From Methanobacteriota archaeon (GTDB lineage Archaea; Thermoplasmatota; Thermoplasmata; SG8-5; JAGLSY01), in assembly GCA_020696385.1 (NCBI GenBank), contig JAEHCQ010000001.1, positions 64,001 through 128,000 of the forward strand: DNA of 64,000 nucleotides, given 5' to 3'. Position numbers and translations under genes: made by a program. Below, in pieces: positions 62,501-64,000 of the stretch (its first letter is position 1; each line of letters starts with the position of its first letter). The notes under the pieces were generated by a model. It did not search any database, was not told the DNA's origin, and saw nothing but the letters and a program-made list of their open reading frames with translations.

Positions 62501-64000
62501 TTGTTGGAGCGTAATAATATTCTCCGCCATCGGATGTACGGGCGACCTCCATCAGTGGAGGTTCATACCAAGACGAAATACCAAGACCAATGGTGTAAAC
62601 ATGCATTGGCGCCACACAGATACCGCCATCACCATCTCCGCTTGGATCATACGGGTTCATGAAGTCATCCTGAACATTAAAATCATTCAATCCTAATTGA
62701 CCCTGAGCATCCCCATCAGGGAATTCCTGAACATCATCATTGTTGTAATTATTGTACTCACTGGTAGAGTCATCGCCATCTGTTATCGCGACGACCACAG
62801 GAATATTCGGAGTTCCACCCAGTAGAGTGATACCATCCCAGATCGCATCCCAGATCGGAGTACCGCCGTATCCGGTCAATGAATCTATATTATTCAATGT
62901 GGTCTGCCTTCCTGCTGCACTCAATTCAGTCAAACCCTGTATCATCCACGGAGATTCGCCGAACCCTCCAGTTGCTGTGAATCGTATGATCGCCACACGG
63001 TCCTCATTATTCATCTGACCTACGAAAGATGTTGCAGCAGATCGAAGATTTGCCATATCTGTGATGCCCATGGATCCAGAGGTATCAAGGACCAAAACCA
63101 CGTCCTTCGGTGGGCTGAATACGACTGTTGTGTTAATATTGGCAACGTCAATGACCGAATTGTCATTGAAAGAGGTGCCGAAGACATAGGTTATATCCTC
63201 CTGGCCAACAGTTGCGAAAGCGGGCACGGTGATATTGACAATGATGCTGATCGTGCCATCATTTGCCGCTAATATTCCTGTATCCGGTATACCGTTCCCA
63301 TTGGTATCACTTAGAAGTGTTGATCCATCGGCTTCATATATTTCGATCAACCAATTAAGCTTGGTCATGTATTCCATATCGATTGAATCGGCAATAGGCT
63401 GAAGATTGGTCACATTGACCATATAGGATAGTGAATTTCCGATGGTGGCTGTGCCCCACTGATCAGGTTCGACGATTATATCCTTCATGATCATCTCCAC
63501 GGTCTTATCCACACTCATGATCGGGAGATAGAAGGTTCTGATAAGAGCATTGTCCGATGTTTCTGGCATCTGGAATCCATTAGAAATGGTGTAATTACAG
63601 AATACCCAATTATCGAGCAAAAGATCATTGGAAAGGCCTGCGTCCAAACTAACTGTTACTGTGACCAAGTAGATACCTGGCAATGTATCTGCGAAATACC
63701 ATCTGATCACGCCACTTGACTCGGTACCTCCGTGAGAAGCACTAATGAAATTAACGCCAACAGGCAAGGTGTCATTGAGCCAGACATCTGCGGCTATGAG
63801 TTCCCCGGTGTTATTGAAATAGATGGTATATGTCACGACATCACTGGGTTCTGCCGTATCCTGGACGGACTTTTCGGGCTGAATATATGGAGAATGAACA
63901 TCAATTGTATCCTGATCTGTTATATTGGCATCCGCAGTGTCTGTGGCTGTCACTGACTGGGATATTCTCGTATAGAGGATCAGACCTGTGAATGTGAATG
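44577..64000 (-). CDS. Giant surface adhesin-like protein 2, 5'-truncated by the window edge (>6,470 aa), colinear paralog of protein 1
   Basis: The frame stays open to 64000 (FTFTGLILYTRISQSVTA aligns with protein 1 FTFTDLILYTRPSQLLTA). Same domain order; TM MSFILILIGLLVMVF. Confidence 0.9.
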   Translation of the reverse strand, partial: FTFTGLILYTRISQSVTATDTADANITDQDTIDVHSPYIQPEKSVQDTAEPSDVVTYTIYFNNTGELIAADVWLNDTLPVGVNFISASHGGTESSGVIRWYFADTLPGIYLVTVTVSLDAGLSNDLLLDNWVFCNYTISNGFQMPETSDNALIRTFYLPIMSVDKTVEMIMKDIIVEPDQWGTATIGNSLSYMVNVTNLQPIADSIDMEYMTKLNWLIEIYEADGSTLLSDTNGNGIPDTGILAANDGTISIIVNITVPAFATVGQEDITYVFGTSFNDNSVIDVANINTTVVFSPPKDVVLVLDTSGSMGITDMANLRSAATSFVGQMNNEDRVAIIRFTATGGFGESPWMIQGLTELSAAGRQTTLNNIDSLTGYGGTPIWDAIWDGITLLGGTPNIPVVVAITDGDDSTSEYNNYNNDDVQEFPDGDAQGQLGLNDFNVQDDFMNPYDPSGDGDGGICVAPMHVYTIGLGISSWYEPPLMEVARTSDGGEYYYAPTSAQLAQIYDEIAVAVAQLGGVSATGSKETISAGDTLMYKIYYNNTGIGNAGDVWVNDSLPTCLILQNSNASVPWSYVNGAYSWHFQDVTPGQHWFWVEAEIDNTVVHNQQINNEVDITYTDLDGNLIGGDNASVSVTVSAPIISLDKMVSTTAAQPGDMIQYTIHYNNTGASMALFVWINDSFDPFLEYVSDTAPVTPENGGNNYFWMIPGVMPGNYFFNVMMRVRDATPGGTLIRNQMFADYTNEDNVRHDSSIPSNVVSTSISNTRIDIEKIVNTPISDPLDTLTYTIYYNNTGTDPSDYVWINDTLPAGLTFISATGGGVESAGVVSWALTNVATGPHSFQIVAQVNADVPDGTLLMNTASLNYTDDLGYLLPSSNAQALSVCGALNLTKTSDLSLIPASGTTIVRLTMDIENSHPYLVTNTINVIDTLPPGITWVGNVVLSTGSWSWDGATLDWSIASLQPLESAQLSFDVSISPGGTGAYLINSGASASGTTSTGYIEDATSNQAYVTAVNAPILDIFLWPSSTISTSIETMFLNVTNIGTNGFFQDAGGDDIELEIPAEWGIPFNINLPGGWSFQWSGVSRTLRFYYNGGADYNWAAGTTLSFLFDTQAPANVGKYSFYSTGSIHDGGAMRYDTSKTLDIDVILGPPDYIIITPNPVIITVGGSMAFTATVYDAYNNAIPGADVTWSTDAGFVDAAGFFMAQTTSIAGTVSATNGTITGSASVIVVAGSLDHIIITPNPAIVGAGLTNQFTATAHDLYGNLLPGYDFDWTTNVGIVDGNGLFTAQGTLGNGIVTASNGTISLTVPVTIVAGQIDHIVVTPDPITMTVGELQVFTAVAYDIFNNIILGADLTWSTDVGSVDTSGIMIAQTTPGSGTVTAMNSTVYGYAAVNVIAGELDHIILTPDPATVVVGQVEIFTAIGYDIYDNALLGVSFDWSTNVGSVANGLLSAQITPATGVINAVSGSVAGSAVVNVVPGAINHITITPDPATVIAGDTQLFTATAYDIFNNPISGIDFDWSTDVGVIDASGLFTAQTIPAYGQVTASNSTVAYSATVEVIASAIDHIIVNPDPATVRVGESQSFTAVAYDIYNNVISNVAFTWSTDVGVVDVSGFFTANTLPNIGSVTATNGTVDGSALVEVVVGDVNSISTTPDPAVVSVGGNIQFTAQAFDIYNNLIPNPTFVWSTDVGIVNSTGYFTGQTIPGSGSISASIGVVSGSASIQVTLGPIHHIVVMPNPIKITVANSQAFSAVVYDAYNNQITGVDLVWSTDVGVVDPSGFFTARTSPGYGVVSASNGSVTGSAAVEIEVDALDHIEVTPDPATVIVGEAHQFTATAYDIYNNSISGVDFLWSTNMGVVNSAGLFTAQTTPDSGWITAANNSISDSATVDIILGPLDHLIISPGSVTLVVGNSQSFSAIAYDVYNNIIPDAVLTWSSDVGTINSTGFFTADTVPGIGTVSVFNGSVFNSVDVEVLVGALDHIAVTPNPITVVAGGSQQFIASGYDIYGNEVPGLVFDWATDVGVIDITGLLVAQTVPVAGTVTATNSSFSYPVSVNVVPDAIDHIIVNPDPVDIIVGDTQAFTAAAYDQFDNEISGVDFIWTTDVGVIDQSGLFTAQTNIELGMVTARNNTITRMVIVNIIPGPIDSIIVTPDPSTVVVGETRSFSAIAYDSYNNEIPGVVFAWTTDVGSANAAGLFTAQTVPGEGVITATNGSISTSVNISVIVGDVVTVIVIPDPATVPVGEGLQFAASAFDVYNNPVTDAVILWNTNVGIVNSTGYLTTQTFPQFGWVNAICGAVITNVVVEVVVGDLHHINVMPDPSDVKVGGSQQFTAQGFDVYNNLISDVDLTWSTDVGSINATGFFTAQTVPGIGTVSATNGTLSGSAIVEILIGDINQIAIVPNTASVIAGDSRSFMAIAFDVYFNVIPGVEFTWSTDVGSINTIGTFTAQTMTGSGIITATNATVSSTAAIDIIPGPVDHIDVIPSSNIITVGNTRSFSATAYDIYNNVISGLDIDWSTDVGSVDATGLFTAQTTPGIGTVTATNGTVSGQASVDVVIGSLHHIVVLPNPAMIIVGGTQIFTATGYDLYNNPIPGMSFTWNTNIGSVDAAGTLTAPTTPGAGLVTATNATTSASAIANVVPGAIDHVIATPNPANLTVGDVQQFTSIAYDVFNNVVPGVVFDWSTDIGVIDATGLLIAQTIPGIGIVIATNGTFTDTVDVEVALGAIDHIIVLPDPATIMVGQSLQFTAEGYDVYNNIIPDAPMAWVTDVGSINSTGYFIAQTIPGMGSITVTSGSIIENVNVDVIVGALDHIIVTPDPVTVIVDGNLGFTAVAYDIYDNIIPGVGFDWSTDVGLVNATGHFFAQAIPGIGSVVATNGTFSDSADIDVVVATIDHIIIVPDPVTIIVGDDLGFIAIAFDVFNNVISGVGFDWSTDIGTIDTNGYFIAQTIPGTGMVTVENGSVSYSATITVVEGPVDHIIITPDPVTVVVGETDSFTAIAYDIYNNEIPAIVFDWGTNIGSINSTGYFIAQTIPGSGKVTATNGSVSGHADVNVQIGDISHIIVLPNPVTVTVGGFHQFTATAYDVYNNIISAAPIIWSTNVGVINSTGFLSAQNTPVTGLVGAASGSITGYASIEVIIGPIDHIAITPDPANVIIDGSVQFTAIAYDVYNNEITGIGFDWSTDVGSIDAAGLLIAQSTPGVGSVTVMNGTISGSATVNVILVAIDHIIILPDPLSLIVGDTQQFTAIAYDPFNVTIPGVIFDWGTDIGFVDANGLFTAQIVPGTGIVTATNGSVSYSAVVDVLSGPVDHITVIPDPVSIIVGESQTFSATAYDIFNNVVSEIGFVWTTDIGSVNSTGYFTAQTMPGNGIVTARDGTVSGFANVNVIVGEVDHITITPNPVDIVAGQTLSFNVIAYDIYNNLIPGADLIWSTDVGTVDQNGQFTAQTVTGSGTVTASNGTVSFSAIINIIPGVIDHVILVPDPITVTVGSQQIFTATAYDIYNNAIPGVDFNWNTDVGSVGATGTFVAQTTPANGFVTATNGTFSDTALVDVVIGNVDHVEVLPNPVTITVGQPAQFTAIAYDAYNNVVPSAFFTWTTDAGSINSTGYFIAQTSPIFGQVSATCGFIIGTSSLEIIVGPVDHILVNPDPLNIIINGNQIFNAIAYDVYNNPISGIDFDWSTDVGIIDASGLFTAQATPMAGTVTATNGSISGSANVDVQDITIDHIVVSPDPASVIVGTTHQFTATAYDILNDAIVGVSFTWSTDVGTIDSNGLFTAQLSSAAGIITATNDTVFGSANVDVIVVTVDYIIVSPDPISVAVGEPQSFTAEAYDSFNNLIPGIDFTWSTNIGTIDAFGSFTAQTGTGVGVVTATNDTISGSATVITIPGPVASIVVVQDPVSIVVGESQVFMAIAFDAYSNVISNVDFEWSTDVGTIDSNGLFTAQFMTGTGIITATNGSVSCSSSANILPGAIDHIEVDPDPATVTVGSQQVFTATAYDIYNNMIPGVDMVWTTDAGSIDATGLFDADTIPGSGTVSASNTTITASANVNIVIGQLYEIIIDPDPATVVVGGTQSFTVTGFDIYNNQLPAVNVIWTTNAGSVNVAGLYTAQTVPGTGYVTAANGTVSRSAIVTIVSGPVDHIEVDPNPAIVAVGNDQSFTATAFDLYNNEIVGVGFTWSTNIGSIDATGLYTAQTVPGTGSVTAANDTISGSAVVNVVAGALDHIAVTPNPMVVVVGGTQLFTALGYDVYDNEISGIDFDWSSNIGSVDGTGLLTAQTIPGTGSITAFNGSVSASATVTTVIGPIDHILITPDHASIVVDASHQFIATAYDIYDNEIPGVTFTWSTNIGSVDTAGLFTARSTSGSGTITATNGTISGVAGIDVILTIDHIIVLPDPGMVEAEGILEFTAIAYDEFNNPISGVEFTWSVDLGTIDSNGNFTAPTVPGTGIVSAYNGTVSGLASVVVIPGPIHHIVVIPDTVNVVVDGTKSFMAIAFDQFNNALSGIGFDWTTNIGTIDATGNFTAQSITASGTVTASNGTISSVALVDVIPGVIDHISITPSHVDVVAGQPQSFIATAYDIYNNIVPNADFIWSTDVGSINSIGEFTAQTITGTGTVTASNGTISDAAIVSVVLGAVDHIIVTPNTANMLVGATQSFIAVVYDAYDNIIPGVDLVWGTDIGIVNGTGSFTAQTISGTGVVTVSNGSVECSVPITLTPGALDHIGVLPDPVTVIVGVSRLFSAIAYDIYNNEITGIGFEWSTDVGVIDAAGLLTAQTTPDFGTVTATNGTISDTAAVTIIVGPVHHIVLSPVTATIIVGEVQLFTATVHDVYNNIISGVDLIWTTNVGLIDASGSFTAETVPGAGTVSAANGSVSSSSTVSVIPGALDHILVTPDPKTVSAGASLVFTATSYDIYNNVIVGIGYDWSTDLGIVDNSGFFTAQVIPGIGTVTATNGTFSNFADVNIIPGPLDHIEVVPDPATVVVGDDQTFTAFGYDIYDNVISGIGFEWSVDVGTIDVTGLFTAQTTPGTGSVTATNGTISGQSDLEILIGSLDHIEVLPSSANIVAGESQLFTVTLYDIYNNIISNVDYEWSTDIGSIDASGLFTAQTMTGTGIVTATNGTISDSATVNIIPGPLDHVEVLPNSVTVMVGATEIFIATAYDVYNNVIPGAPFVWFSDVGIIGASGVLIAQSSPDTGVVTATSGTISDTANVTIVPGLVDHIDISPDTLSVVVGASQQFTAIAYDIYNNLVSDADLIWTSDVGTVNATGFFTGYTIPGIGSVTVSNGTVSDSAAVNVVIGNIDHILIVPDPISIAAGNTQQFIATAYDALDNVIVGVEFMWTSDVGTVDGNGLFTAQTMIGSGIVTATNGSTSYSAAVDIVPGVMDHIDVLPSPASVIVGSTQLFTAIAYDVYGNAILGIEFSWSADIGSVDATGLFTAPSVTGAGTITAINGSISGVSNVDIIYGAIDHIIILPNPVSLQVGDTQSFTAVAYDSYNNAIPGTVFTWTTNIGTIDGTGFFTARTVPGLGVVTATNNSVSRSVPVTLLIGPLDHITVLPDPAAVIVDDTLQLTAIAYDVYDNEISGVDFIWNTNVGTIDATGLLTAQSMAGSGTVTATNDTISDSVVVDVMFGGIDHILITPDPVSITAGSSQSFTAVAYDVLDNVIPGVDFLWNTDVGTVGPTGYFIAQIVPDTGIVTASNGSFSYSAIITIIPGSIHHIAVSPDPATVSVGDSEPFIAIAYDQYNNAIPGVGFLWSTNVGSIDINGIFVAQTIPGAGYVTAINGSVSDSVNVDVAIGDVDHIIVTPASLSIIVGGSASFSAIAYDAYNNEIISAIFTWSTDVGTVDATGNFTAQITTGNGFVNVTFGAVTSPVLVDVLPGPIDHITISPDPASVQVGDIQQFTAAALDVYNNAIPGIDLVWVSDVGTVDATGNFTAQITPGFGSIIVSNGTINASAVVNILIGDIDHIDITPDPASVVVGTTQSFSAVAYDQYNNAATGVPFTWSTDVGSITFTGVFTAQTITASGVVTATFGTISTSAIVTIIPGATDHIIVYPGPVVNVIIGGTVQFTALAYDVYDNAIPGIPFAWGTSAGTIDTNGLLTAQSTVGFGFVAALNGLVVGSTNVNIVDVPIDHIELTPSVLAIPVGLTEDFTGTAYDVFNNVILGVDFIWGTTVGTIDNTGLFTAQMTPASGIVTITYGTLTDTSLVTVEQNRFTIDLDIGWNLISIPLIMSDTSTLSVLSSISGDWDQVMYYNSTDTFDHWKTYSTMRPVVLNDLSNIDHTMGFWIHMLNVATLNVTGDRPNNEHMTLHAGWNLIGYPTLNSTVTIGTALAGTGYDKIEGFNALSPYDLEALPDTHVMVPGAGYWVHVPSDIVWNVIMSVPSPVDMGMRDSLPGDISTRGGSDPFMFEDTIWMVDDTAMEDPSMTMDPADGMLVIGHKEFNVKDISGTMSFILILIGLLVMVFNVRSRRWIL
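62450..63110 (-). other. von Willebrand factor A domain of giant protein 2
   Basis: DVVLVLDTSGSM (DxSxS), GGTPIWDAI, VVAITDG, VYTIGLG, GEYYYAPTSAQL. Confidence 0.88.

Noticed and set aside
18794-63956. Many plus-strand and alternate-frame ORFs (60-386 aa) inside the giant genes
   Set aside because: Antisense shadows of repetitive coding sequence with no recognisable motifs.

Overview
Archaeal chromosomal segment, most consistent with Thermoplasmatota (TFB, Gar1, Lsm-rpl37e-purF, archaeal TATA and GGTGA Shine-Dalgarno signals); the lineage is inferred, not proven. The left 18.6 kb is mostly housekeeping: tfb, gar1, M18 aminopeptidase, tmk, psd/pssA, an ABC-2 exporter, argF, two purF homologs, rpl37e and lsm. 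It also holds a divergent pair, a membrane-anchored triple beta-propeller protein and a winged-HTH regulator, that both end in a SHOCT-like motif. The right 45 kb encodes two tandem, colinear, translationally coupled giant surface proteins (about 8,650 aa, and >6,470 aa truncated by the window edge) made of ~83-aa Ig-like repeats around a divergent central VWA domain. Not in the ORF track: the rpl37e gene; a box C/D sRNA whose D guide fits C34 of tRNA-Leu(CAA); and two copies of a ~270-bp structured non-coding cassette with IS200/IS605-like hairpins, each carrying an internal copy of the 3' end of the adjacent gene (the C/D sRNA at one locus, argF at the other).
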